A stretch of DNA of 64,000 bases from assembly GCA_964187785.1 (NCBI GenBank), contig OZ076420.1:13020001-13084000 (forward strand). Reading direction: 5' to 3'. How positions within the stretch are numbered: the first letter of the stretch is position 1; every line of letters begins with the position of its first letter. Positions 1 to 12,399 of the stretch are shown here, in pieces. Position numbers and translations under genes: made by a program. Origin of the DNA: Amphiscolops sp. MND2022 (lineage: Eukaryota). The notes beneath the pieces were generated by a model. It was not told the origin of the DNA, searched no databases, and saw only the letters and a list, made by a program, of their open reading frames with translations.

Positions 1-837
1 GCTTGGTGGTAAACGCCCAAGACTTTGCCCTTGCCAAATTTGGTCTTTTAGGCCAAATTTGACATTTTTTAAACAAAAATCGCTATATATTTCATTGTTA
101 TTGCAAGTTAACCAAACAAAGGTTTTGTTCCTGACTTGACAGGTCTAATGGAACGTTTTTTTCTTATTCCCACTGGCCGTATTCTTTTCTACAAAATTTT
201 GACTTTCAAAATCAAAAAACTGATTTTTGCGCTGCATAGGGCAGTATAATCAAAGTTATCGCGCTCAAACTTTGTAAATACTAGTCTGAATACCCGCAGG
301 GTTTTCTTCCTAGTTAGTTTACGTAGGAATAGGCCGGGGAATATGCTTTTTAGGCCAGAAAATACGATACGATACGAAGCGATGTAACTTGATAGACGTG
401 GTGATGCTGCAATCATTGGGGGATCGGAGGTGTAACCGTGAAGGACGTCACGTGTTCGTGTCAGTTAGTGGGGACCTTCACTGCGCCTCCTCGCGGTCCC
501 CATACATTGCAAATATGCTGAAATAGAGGTACAGAACCCTTTAAAACTACTTCCGGATAAGCCGGATTAACTTTTTTAACAAGTATAGTAAAAGCCAAAG
601 GTATATACTGTCTGAAACCGTCTATTTCTTGTTCCAGACCTCGGAAATATGCGGAAAACGCAGAAAAACACTAGTACGAAACCCAAAAAGCTAGAAAAAG
701 GCAATTAAAATAATCTAGGACTCTCCAGAATGTTTTCCTAGATCCGCACCTAGCAGGGCCGGAAAGCAGGAAAACTCCTAGTATGACGAAATGATGGAAA
801 AATGTCCTTTGTGGAGCGCCATAAAAACTATCCTAGA

Positions 838-2253
838 TGTAACGTCAAGCACACAACAGCTGCATTTTAGCACTTGGACAATGCCTAGATTGCTTCAACA
901 GGCGACCAGTGTCTTTCTACTACCTAGACATTAATTTTTAGTCCCAAAAAGGTCCCCAAGGGGACGTTCCATTTGTGTCAAGAGACTCCTCATAGTTGAG
1001 CTCCATGGCGACGTGCCGGCTCACTTAAAGTCCGGACTCGTCCCACAAACGTGTGAAAACATTTCCTAGGGTTCCTGCGTGTTCCTACATACTCCCGAGG
1101 TCCAAAAACAGGGGTTTAGCTAGAGTGCATTCTACTAGTTGTTAAACGTCTAAAAATGCAAACACAAGGATCTACCAGATCCGGCATCACCATAAATCTG
1201 CAAATAAACATCAATAACACTAGAATTGACCAAAAGTAGCTCTTCGAGTTCTTTCATGCTGGTTTTGGAGTTTTCTTAATCAACCACAAACCCGCGATAT
1301 CTGGATTTTTGGAGCATTCTTCCGTGAAAGTTTTGAAAATACTCTGACAGATGGCCCAAAGCCGGGTTTTCTGGCTTTTCTATGACGGGATGGCTGTCAT
1401 TCACGTTCCACGTTAGGATGATGGGTCAAGGGGTCCTTTTTATGCTCTTTTTTGCTTCTCTATGCTTTCAAGGAATTGCCAGGTCGGCCATTTTGATTCG
1501 CACATTTTTGACTTATTGAACGAATTTTTGTGCAATATTTGCTGGACGCAACGTCAAGCAAACAGCTACATTCTAGCACTGGGACAATGCCAAGATTGCT
1601 TCAACAGAATACCAGTGTCTTTCTACAACCTAGACATCAGTTTTTAGTCCCGGAAAGATCTCCAAGGGGACTTTTCTGAACGTCTTGGGAGACCCCTCAT
1701 GTCAGAGCACGTGGCGACGTGCTGGCACACTCAAAGTCCTGATACGTCCCACAAGCTTGTAAAAATATTCCTAAAGGTTCCTGCGTGTTCCTACATACTC
1801 CCGAAGTCCAAAAACAGGGGTTTAGCTAGAGTGCATTCTATTGATGAATAACGTCTAAAAATGCTAATACAAGGATCTGCCAGATCTGGCATCACCATAA
1901 ACCTGCAAACAAACATCAATAACACTAGAATTGATCAAAAGTAGCACTTCTAGTTCTTTCATGCTGGTTTTGGAGTTTTCTTCATCATCCACAAACCGGT
2001 GATATCTGGATTTCACGGCATTCTTCCGTGAACGCCTTGACAATACTCTGACAGATGGCACTGCTCCGGGTTTTTTGGCTTTTTCAATGACGGGATGGCT
2101 GCCATTCACGTTCCACGTTGGGGGTGATGGGTTGGGAGTCCTTTTTTGCTCTCTTTTGCTTCTCTATGATTTCAAGGACCTGCCAGATCGGCCATTTTTA
2201 TTCGCATTTTTTTGACTTGTTGAACGAATTTTTTGTGCGATTTTGCTGGACGT
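838..2253. repeat. Diverged tandem duplication, two units of about 710 bp (about 838-1547 and 1548-2253)
   Basis: Long collinear matches, e.g. ggttcctgcgtgttcctacatactcccga(g/a)gtccaaaaacaggggtttagctagagtgcattcta near 1071 and 1777; both units end in ttgctggacg. Confidence 0.9.
900..2110 (-). pseudogene. Possible degenerate P-loop NTPase fragment, one copy per tandem unit
   Basis: Minus frames give LQIYGDAGSGRSL (about 1168-1200) and LQVYGDARSGRSL (about 1870-1903), resembling Walker A with K>R; the frames contain stops. Confidence 0.25.
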
Positions 2254-4278
2254 TACACAATAACTTGCGTTGTGGAAGGAAAGCAAGTTTGTAAAAAGAG
2301 TCTGAATCAGTTGAATGGAAGATTGATCGCCTCAGTTCATCAAACTTGGACAAGCAGAAGCACATTTTTCAAAAAACTTTTTCAAAAAAAAAGAAAACGC
2401 TTTTAGGACTTGGAAAACAATATACTTTAACAGAAAAGCAACTTTCTTGTTCGAAAAAAAATCAAAAATCAAACAATTTTCAAAATTATTACAGGGGTTA
2501 CAGTGCAAAAAAACTTTTAGGGTGCGCTCGCAAAACGATTTGTACCTGCTGAAAATCAAAAGTAGGGATCTTTCGGTTTAAAAAGTAAGAACTAGTCGTT
2601 AGTGCCTGAAAATTGCAACCTCTCGGTTTCTCTGCTTTCCTTCTCTTTTCAATCTCTTTATCTTCGCAAGTGTAAAACTTTTTGGTCCGTGCGTGGCTCG
2701 AACTCACACCCAACTGCTTCTTAAACATCGTCAGCAGGCCTTGAAATTGGCGTTAAATTCCTAGCCCAGTTGAATATGAATTGAAACTATAGAAATTTTC
2801 GAATCGAATTTATGGCAGAAACTGTGGAGGAACAGGAAAGAAGAAACAAAAAATACCAGGACCAAGCTAAGATTTTAAAAAAGAAGCGAAACGAAAGGCG
2901 TTAATACGAATAAAGCTCGAAGTTATTGCCTCTCTTCGCTTAGAGCTGAAACAACCAACTGTGAGCTTCCTATTGTGGCATCTTTTTAAAAAAAATTTTT
3001 CCAAATCTTTTTTTCTTTGTAGTTTTCAACACTTGAGCGAATAATGCAATCCTGAACAGGTCGATGAAAAAAATCCGAACCAATCGAAAGAAAAATATCG
3101 ATAGCCATCGATTCGCACATCTTTGTGATTTAATACTTGCTGCTGAAATTAGGGGTTAACATAACGATTGATCTGCTACTTGATGTAGTTTTCAGCGTGT
3201 TTTGTTTGATGAAAATTTCAGCTTTTGTAGTTAGGTGCTTTCTGCTTTTTGACGTTCTTTGATGCTTTTTCTTTGATGTTATAGGGCTACAAACGAATGA
3301 CTTAATTTCAATAGATGGCTCTTTCTTTTAGCGACAGTTCAATGCAACAATCCATAGTTTCTGAATTGATGTTTGATTTGAGAGTCATTGCGCGGTAAAT
3401 ATTCCGAGGTGCTGATTAAAAATTTTTGGTTCAAAGCTATTGCTGTAAACTTGAAGAACAAACGAAAAAGAAGAAAGTGAAGAGACCGAAAAAGCGTTTG
3501 GCAATGCAATTAGGAATTTACAACTTGGTGTGGATTTTTCGTGTGAACTATTCATTCCAAATTTTGGTTGATGGTTGTCTGAATTTTAACAAAACTAACA
3601 TTTGAATGAAGAACAGTACGTGCTATATCAATAAGGAAAATATGAATTCAGTTTACTAGTGGATCGAGGTCTGCAGAAAACCTAACTAGTACATTTTTGC
3701 TTCACAAAAATTTGAACTGGAGGGAGGATTTCATTCTGAAATGAGAAAATCCGTTGGTTTTGCTTTCTGATGTCCACAAGCGCATTTTAAGGGAAACTGA
3801 CATTTTTGGCCAGGAAATATTTTTGATTTCCAACCCCAGCCGAGACAGACATCACAACATGTATCTTTTGCTCGTTTTTAACTGGCATCCAGCACTTTCA
3901 TACAGAACTGGTTTGAAAAAGATGAATACAAAAATTTACAAAATTCAAAGTAGAAAATAAGCGAGCAATGTGTGCCACTTGCCACTTCTCGAACATTTTA
4001 GACAATGTTTGAGGCGATGTCAGTTATTCTTGAGATTCGTCATTCAAATCGATTGCCATATCGAGAAAAGAACTTGCTACCATCTTTCGGCTTTTAACCC
4101 CTCTCGGTCGTCTCATCGTCTCCTACAGTGAGGTACTTGAATAGTGTTAGGGCTCTCTCCTCTCGATTTTCTTCCAGATGTTCTTCTGTTCTGCGGATAC
4201 ATTGGTAATATCCCGTTTGGAATTATTTTTGTCGTTTCTTGTACTGATAATGTGTTTGTTATTGTTTCCTTGAATAAC

Positions 4279-4335
4279 TTCCCGGTCTTGGTGAAAACTC
4301 CTGCCACTCGAAGGAGTTTTCACCAAGACTGGGAA
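4279..4335. repeat. Hairpin with a 24-bp stem (one mismatch) and a 9-nt loop
   Basis: ttcccggtcttggtgaaaactcct-gccactcga-aggagttttcaccaagactgggaa. Confidence 0.9.
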
Positions 4336-5499
4336 CGTTTTCAATGGAACAATAATAAACAACAATATCAGTTCAGCTTAAGAGGTCCAGAAACGACAAA
4401 AATGTTAGAAAAGCAAAAGTTTTAGGAGAGAACAAAAATGTAAAAACAAATGTACGAACAAAATGTAAGGAGAACAATAAAGGTTAGGAGAGCGAGCAGA
4501 AAGCTCAAAACTGGCAATTTCGAGCCTTCCGCTCGCTCTCGTAAAAACACTGGCGAGTCTAGGTGATCCCGGGCATCTGGAGACAAGTATCACACAATTG
4601 GATCATTTTCTGAAACATCCAACATTATCCCGACTAGGTTTGATTTTACCATGTTCAGCTCCTTCCCCATCTGTTTTTCAAATGGCGATTTTTCTTGTTT
4701 TTCTTACATATTCGCAGCACATACAAAAGTTCCAATAGACCAGATTTTTCTTTAGGCAATGTTATCTGCTTATTTGAGCACATTCGCTCACTTTTATAAA
4801 ATCCCCTGTGGTCACGCACTTGATAGATCGTGTGCTTTAATCACAAAACATACAGAATTGTCCGAATGCTTCGCTAACAAAACCTGTACCCTGGTTTGGA
4901 CTTATCGTCCGAATACCCTATAAAATACCATCCACTATGCACTATATTTTGTTTGCAAAAATCAATAACTTTTTCTGTCGTCGACTGGTGCACAAACTTT
5001 GCACCGGGCCATCCTGAGAAATGATCAGTCAAAATTATTAAAGATTTCTTTTGCCTTTTCTGCGATTTGAAATGCGCCTGCCAAATCTAAAGGTATGTCC
5101 TTGTTTCCATTTGGTATTTTCCGCCCTGATTTTGCCTCAAATCTAACCTCAAATTCTAACATGATTTTGAACATTTGTCACATAGTCTCGCCAGCTAATT
5201 CACATCCCTGTGGGTTTCCGGCCAGCAAAAGTCCGTAATCATACCCAACATGGCGTCTCACCGGTGAGCCCATTGTGGAAACAATACAATATCATGGCTC
5301 ATAATGAGTGCAGAATTACGAGGCTGTTATCCAAGTAAGGGAACTGGCGATCGTCGTTATAATGTAGTTGAAATTTTTATCTCCAAATGGGAGTATGTTC
5401 AAAACAGTTCCATTATATTACTTTATAAATGCGAAAACCTGCTAAAAACATTATCAGATATGTAATTAGCTAAGAGAAAATTCTATCAGGCAAGTGGGT

Positions 5500-6880
5500 T
5501 GACAGGCTTTGATTCTTTTTTGTCTTCAACGTTTTTACTGTTACTAAACTTACTTGTTTCCTGCAAATATGGTTTTTGGGCGACAAGCGAAGCGAGATGC
5601 TTTATTGTTTGCGTCGCGTTTTTTTTCGCCAAAACGTGACATCCATCTGCATTAGGAAAAGTTTCGGCTATTTTTATCCAAGCCTATTTCTTCAAGACAT
5701 TTCAAAATTTTAAAAAACAGAACCGCAACTGAATGCCTTTTCTGGCCATGTAAGAAGATTCCGAAAAATTTCCGCCCGGACGATTTAATTAGCTTCGAAA
5801 ACACGATTTTTTCGAAACGTTTAAGGTTTTTTTTCCGATTTTGCGTACTGTTGTCACTTGAACCATATCGAACCGTCTCAAAATAGTTACCAACCAACGC
5901 AACAGGATGTCTTCTTTAAGGTCGTGAAAGTTTCATTATCTTACAATTATTGGGCGTCGCGAGAAGGACGATTAAATATCGGAAATTTTTGGGGGGTTGT
6001 ATGCGGAAAAAATTCTAGATTACTACTTTCAAAATTCACTACTTAAACGACATCGAACCAGCTCATAATTAGTACCGACCGACGCAGGAGGATGTCGTCT
6101 CTAAGCTCATGAAAATTTCATTTTCCTACGATTATTGGTCGTTGAGAAGATGGTGAATAAAAGTCGGAAATCGTTTTTTTTTGCGAAAAAAAGTGTATTT
6201 TGACGTACGCCATGCAATTGGGGGTGTTTGGGCGCACGTCTGTAGAACCCACTACTCCATTACTTGTGAGCCCTCTCGGAGATTTTTCGAGAATTTTAGG
6301 CCGCGCGATTTTTTAAATTCTGATAAATTTAAAACGTTTTGCCAATTATGCATTTTTCGGTTGATAAACCACATCAAACAGGCCAAACATAGGCGTCAGC
6401 TGGCGTATCAGGACACATTTCAGCGGCTGAAAGGTTTATTACTGGGCGTGGAAAAAAGTCGATTAAAATTGGAATTTTTTGGGTGTTTTTGCGAAAATAC
6501 TTTCACGCGTATTTTGACATTCCTATTTGTTAATACTTGGGCCATTTTCCGCCAAACCATTGCTCCGAAGCTATCCAAATTATCCGGAAAAACTTTTTCC
6601 ATTGATTACTTTTTTGGCATTGTAAAATTTCTACGGAAACTTTCTATCGGCGCAATTTTTTCAGCCTCGGATGAATTTTCTGATTACTTTACGGTTTTCC
6701 TTGATTTTGCTAATTCCAATACTTGAACCACATCAAACCGGCCCAATAAAAGGAACGATTGAGACTGGCGGATGTTATTTTCAATCTGGTGAAAGTTTCA
6801 TCCTAATATTCTTCGTCATTGCGAAAATGGTAGTTGAAAGTCGGAAATTTTCAAGGGATTTTTAAAACATTCCAGAGCGT
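5500..6880. mobile_element. Non-coding insertion with three diverged ~140-bp sub-repeats, nested in the old Gypsy pol
   Basis: The motif acttgaaccatatcgaacc...gaaagtttcat...tcggaaattt recurs at about 5856, 6040 and 6720. Gypsy pol-like sequence lies on both sides. Confidence 0.45.
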
Positions 6881-9800
6881 CTTCTTGCTTGTCACTTCTG
6901 ATGTATCAGCGGTATTTCCATCTGATATCACACCAGAGTAGGTGTCCAAATTTGAAAATTAAAAAGTCTCGACATTTTGATGAGAAGGATGTAGACCAAG
7001 AGCTTTTCGATACTCAATTTCCTTGTTCAATTGTAAATTTGTTGATTTTCCCTTCTTCCAAATGGTAATCGTGTCAAAAGCACCTATTCGTACTTGGGCT
7101 GGACAGTTCACTTGTGTAGCTGCAAAATTTCGATTTATGTTAATTGCTTTATCTAGCGTCTACTGCCGCAGAGTTCACTGTTAAATCACAACGTCTCGTA
7201 CAAGTGACCTAGCCAACGCTCGTGACAATGAAAGATCATTTGATCCCTGGACACGAGCTCGAATCTAATTATCGTTGCTGATTAAATTGAAGCCTCGAAG
7301 AGATCGTCTGATCGGAGCCATCGCGCAATGGCAGTTGCGCCTATGTTTACTGATTGGGCGCTTAGGATTGAATTATTTCACACTATTGTTGCAAATTCTC
7401 TCAATGTCAAGTTCTGCAGTCTTGCTCCTGTCGTCTTGCATCACATTGTCTTCTGCAACCTCATTCAAGCTAATAACAATTTTTACAGTAAACTATTCGT
7501 TCCTTAAGCAATTTTGCTTTTATGGTTGCGCTTCCTAGCTTACTCGGGTGTCTAGACAGATAATATGCCATGCCCAGGGTGCTCCCAGTAGCATGATCAA
7601 CCTCAATTTCAAATAGTAAGATTCTATCCACCCACTAAATATTATATTCAGAAACATCTTTTTAGGTCTGTTACATCTCGAAATTGACATCAAGCTTCGT
7701 GATCCGATACAACCTTAAACGAAACACTGTACATATTATATTTCCGAAAATCTATTGTCCACATTTTTGCCATGAGCTCTAAGTCTTTTTTTGAAGTTTT
7801 CACCTTGGACTTAGTTGAAAATCGTAATAGGAATCTAATCAGTTCCCCATTTCCCATCATTTTGGGGTTGCTGTAAAGTTGCTCCAGTCAATGTTTATTA
7901 GCATTGCAAATGATTCGAGTTTCTTGAGTTCTTCGTTAATTCTTTCGAATGTACTTTCATTCTCGTTTTGTCATTTTCACACAGTGTCTTCTTTCAAGAT
8001 TGATTTATAAGAGGAACTGATTGCGGCCAACATTGGTATAAAATTATCGAACTGCTTTCCGGCTCCCAAGAATGATCGTAACTGCTTCAAATGGTTTGGT
8101 CTCAACATATTACTTCTCCCCGAATTTTTGATTTTATCAGTGAAATGCTAGTTCTTGTCATCTGATACCCAATCCTACAATGCTTTCCGGACTAGGGTGC
8201 ATGTTTTCACGTTCAATTGCCAATTAGCTTCATTCAAAACTTCTAGGACTGCCTTACTTTGCTTGAATGTTCCTGCTTGGTTCTTATAGTTTCAATGAGA
8301 ACATCATCTATATACACCATTAGGTTTTTTAAAGATTTACAACGGTGATGTCCATTTGAAACTCGGTAGGTAATACCTGGAATTTATAGTACCCTCTATT
8401 GAAGCGATAAGTTCCTGGAGATTTTCGGTCACGATCTGAAAATTATATTGTTTCCTTGTCTATTTACGTAGGGGTACTTCTTTTGTCGACTTGGTCTTGC
8501 ATCTTCAACTGTTGTCTTGTCACATTCTTTTACTTTGTCACTTTATGCGCACTACCTTTTTCTATCTCTTTTTTTTTCGTAGCGAAGAGCAATTAGCCAA
8601 TCACGTCCGACTATCGATTCCAGTGTTTGGCTCTAATACCACTCTCGCCTTTGATACCGTCACGCTAGCGACTTCAAGACTGACAAATTGATATCCGAAT
8701 AACTTGAAATGTCTTTTACTTTGTCTACGTAATGTTAGCTATTTTTATTATTTTTCGAGCCACAACTTTCCGATCGCCAATACCTTCCTCCAAATTTTCT
8801 TTCGAGACTTCTATCATGTTTCGATTATCGCCATGAAGTATTTGTCGAACTTCAATTCATTCATGTAGAAGGCTTCGATTCAAATTCTTTCAAAACGCTG
8901 TACTAATTGATCTTCGGCACAATAGTTATCACTGCAATTTTTCTGAATCTCTAATAAGGTTTACTTTCCGCATATTTGTGAGTTATCTCTTGTTTTCAGT
9001 CGTTGAAATAATTACTTATGTCTTTCTGGGAAATTCTGTTACTGCACTTCTCTTCAGGTCACACTCTTTTACAATATTTACATCTGTCCTTCGTCGCCTG
9101 ACATTTCGTTACGTGCCCCATAGTGAAGTTGAAATCCCCATATCTAAAGCACACCCGGGGGGTGTTTTCTACTGCAAAATCCAAAACGATTTTCATTGAA
9201 GTTATTGGCGTTCAAACCTTTTGTGCTCCTTACCCTTTTTGTCGCTTTGCTATTCTTGTGAAGGATAACCATATCTAGCAGTAAAGTCATCGTAATTTCG
9301 CCGAAATTGCAGTGAGTTATTAATCCGTGGAGGATATGCCAAAATGGATAAAGCGGATACCCGGGTCGTTACATTCTGGAAAAGTAACGTTCTATTTCTT
9401 GTTTTTCTAGAAACTAGCATTGCACACTGTTTTTGGTAATATGCGGGTGGGTAAAGGGTAATATGCGGGTGTCTATCTTTGAACTATTTTATTTTTGCTT
9501 CGCTCAAAGATAGGTGCATCACATTTACCACCTTTCTGTTCGCAGAACTTTTGTCCAAGTCCCCGATTAGTGGTGGCCCACTACAATTCTGCTCAGTAAC
9601 CTCCCCAGTCAACACCCTGATCAGTTTCAAATATTTTGCCATCATAGCAACTTGACAAAGAGCCTTTCACGTTTCCCAACCTAATGTCGTTTTAGCATTT
9701 GCATTATGTCAGGAGGTGGGCAATCCCACCAGATATCATAACGATGTTGAAGCAATTGTCGATATAGAAAGTTGATTTTGCGCTTGCAGTACCATCTTGA

Positions 9801-10657
9801 CGAAAAACTCAATAAACTGATAAATGTATAGAGCATGAAGTTTGAAATAATGCAGCACGTAATATGGCAATTTAGCAACAGAAGGCTGACGAATGTTTTT
9901 GCTCTCTCTATAATTCAGGCAGGTATCTAATTAAATGATCAGACATTGTTCACAAATACCTCAAAGCTCTCTCACAGTAACAGCCATAGTTCAGAGCTAT
10001 GACAGATGCGCCATAATGGAAAAAATGGTTCGTTCTGCCTAAAGTGACATCAATGGTGACGTCATTTATTTCAGTCAAGGAATTCAGAACAGCACGATTA
10101 GAAACAATGGAACAACTCAAAAATGGGTCAAAAACAACTCAAATGGAAAAAAGCGGGAAGAAAACTAGTAAGCATGGTATTCCCGGTAATCCGGATAACA
10201 GGAAGTGAACGTCTGATTAAGTAAAACCCTTCAAGTTTAAGTCTCAGCAGTTAAAGGCCATTTGGTATTGGGCAGTTTGCGATATTTGTGAAGAAATTTC
10301 AGGACGAGAAGAAACATGACATTCGATTAGTTCCAGGTTTTCTACAGCAAACAGGCCCCAAGTGGAAAACCGCACCGGGATTTGAAAATTGTGATTTTGG
10401 GGAAAACGAATACACACTCGTGTTGTGTACGTTTATACAGAACTTGTAAAGTGTGACGGCTCCTTAGTGAAACGCCTAAGTTTACTAAGTTTACTAAGAA
10501 ACCTAAGTTACTTTTACTTTGGATATAACGCAGGGAGATTGTGTCTCCACCAAAGAAACCGTAAACAAGATTGTAACCTTTACAATTACCATCAAATTTT
10601 TGAAACACTAAATTTTGTTGGAGCTACTTGCTATTGGGGAGCATGTTGTAGTGGTTA

Positions 10658-10920
10658 GGGGAGCATGGTGTAGTGGTTAGAGCATTCGTCCTGTACTAGG
10701 GCGGTATCAGGTTCGAACCTCTCTCAACTCATCAACTCTCTCATCAGTCCTTCTCTAGCTCAGTGGTATGGTCAGTGACAAAATTTAACAAATGAAAGAA
10801 CAACAGTGAGCATTCAGACCTTTGTGACTTTGAGCAAATCACTTTGAAAGCACAGCTTCCAGCCCACCATTGATTGACCACTTGGCTGCAAATATGGTAT
10901 CTTAGCTTGCTATGGGGAGA
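10658..10920 (+). mobile_element. tRNA-derived SINE-like element
   Basis: Head ggggagcatggtgtagtggttagagcattcgtcc...caggttcgaacct has a Pol III A-box (TGGTGTAGTGG) and B-box (GGTTCGAACC) at tRNA spacing, but no acceptor-stem 3' half. The 3' boundary is uncertain. Confidence 0.55.
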
Positions 10921-11077
10921 TAGTATCCGAAAGGGAAGGGCGCCGACTTATTCGGCGTCCGCCCCACGGAATTAGAGAAACTTTTTTATACATAAAACCT
11001 AACTTTCTAAAACAAAAAGTTTCGAAACTAATATGTACGGCTCCAAGTTTGAAGCGGTATCAGACTATAAGGCGTTA

Positions 11078-11277
11078 NNNNNNNNNNNNNNNNNNNNNNN
11101 NNNNNNNNNNNNNNNNNNNNNNNNNNNNNNNNNNNNNNNNNNNNNNNNNNNNNNNNNNNNNNNNNNNNNNNNNNNNNNNNNNNNNNNNNNNNNNNNNNNN
11201 NNNNNNNNNNNNNNNNNNNNNNNNNNNNNNNNNNNNNNNNNNNNNNNNNNNNNNNNNNNNNNNNNNNNNNNNNNNNN
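11078..11277. other. Assembly gap (200 N)
   Basis: Run of exactly 200 N, typical of a scaffolding placeholder. Confidence 1.
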
Positions 11278-11495
11278 TAGTTTAAGCATCTTTCAAGATC
11301 CTTCCATGGATTGCAGTGTTTAAAAACGAGGATTTGAAGTATCCTTTTTTCAAACCCGTGTCAATTTTTGTTTACGAAAGTTGCTTTTTACGGTGTTTTG
11401 TAGTAGATGAGATGAAAACGAAGGCAAAATCTTCAATGGAGTTCTCCACTTTTAATCTAAAGGCTCAACAACGTATGTTTTTCGAACTCAATCTC

Positions 11496-11572
<77 letters not shown>
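11496..11572. repeat. (TAA)n microsatellite, about 25 units
   Basis: Pure ataataataat run. Confidence 0.98.
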
Positions 11573-11964
11573 TTGAATTTATCTGCTATTAAATGGCAAG
11601 AAACACAAAGCTAATACAAATCATATACCGTCATCAAATAACAGAGCAGACTTCCAAAGGCATATGCCCGCTTAACGGAAGCCTGATAAATCTGTACAAA
11701 ACTATTTTTCACTAAAAATCTTTTCATCGAAATTGAAGAACTTCAAAGTGACTGAGTTTTGTTGCCTAAAACTTAATGCAGCATAGTTCGAACAATTAGC
11801 CCATTTGAATGAAGATTTTCCTGAAATATTATTCTCTGATGAGAACTGAAATTTTCCTGATTGCCTCAAAGTTGCAGACTTCAGAAAGTTTTGCATTCAG
11901 TTTGTAACTGCCAAAGGAAACTGTTTTTGTTAAAGAAGCTGTTTACCACACGTTTATTTAACAG

Positions 11965-12182
11965 GTATCAATATGGAGGATTTTGGGGGACCCTTGGTTT
12001 TCCGAGAATCGGCCAACTCTGAATCTCAATGTCTTCTGGGAATTGCAAATTTCGGCTTTGTTGCTAAGCAGCGAACTCATACGCTGAATGTTTTCACAAA
12101 CGTTGCAGCTTACGCAGACTTTATTACAAGGTCTATCAATTCATTGTGCAACCCTCCGGGTTGTGAAATTATGAAGAAATGA
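11965..12182 (+). CDS. Terminal exon of a trypsin-like (S1) serine-protease homologue, probably non-catalytic
   Basis: Acceptor tttaacag then GINMEDFGGPLVF..CLLGIANFG..NVFTNVAAYADFI..stop. This matches the S1 C-terminus (GDSGGPL..L.GI.S.G..VYT.V..Y..WI) with the catalytic Ser read as Phe. Confidence 0.75.
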
Positions 12183-12399
12183 CTAAAAACGATTTTTTTA
12201 TCTAATGTTGTAATCTCCTTTGACAAAAAAACTGATAAAACTGTTTTTCGCAGAGTACACTTTTGCTACTGAGGATAGTAAGTATATAAAACGATGATGG
12301 TAAGGTAATAGCACGTACTTCAGAAAATCTAATTAAAATAACAAACATAAAAAGTTCACTGTCAAGAATTGGCATCTAGCTCTACTTCATACCCCCGCC

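Larger units (their letters stand above)
4100..9400 (-). mobile_element. Old, heavily degenerate Ty3/Gypsy retrotransposon (protease end, RT, RT-RNaseH linker, integrase), interrupted by an insertion
   Basis: Minus-strand remnants in Gypsy order: IVGRDWL (about 8600); YIDD (8303-8314); LKQLRSFLG (about 8070-8100); integrase zinc-finger region LDNSLVI..MLGMITDFCWPETHRDV..LARLCDKC (about 5160-5340); DLAGAF core start (about 5075). Many stops and frameshifts; boundaries are approximate. Confidence 0.8.

Noticed and set aside
6181-6726. 181-aa ORF
   Set aside because: Low-complexity F/K-rich frame inside a repetitive insertion; no domain.
10658-10730. Functional tRNA gene
   Set aside because: A and B boxes are present, but no 3' acceptor strand or convincing anticodon arm; treated as a SINE head.
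11033-11323. ORFs spanning the N run
   Set aside because: Artefacts of translating the assembly gap.
11316-11576. Poly-Ile ORF
   Set aside because: Translation of the (TAA)n microsatellite.
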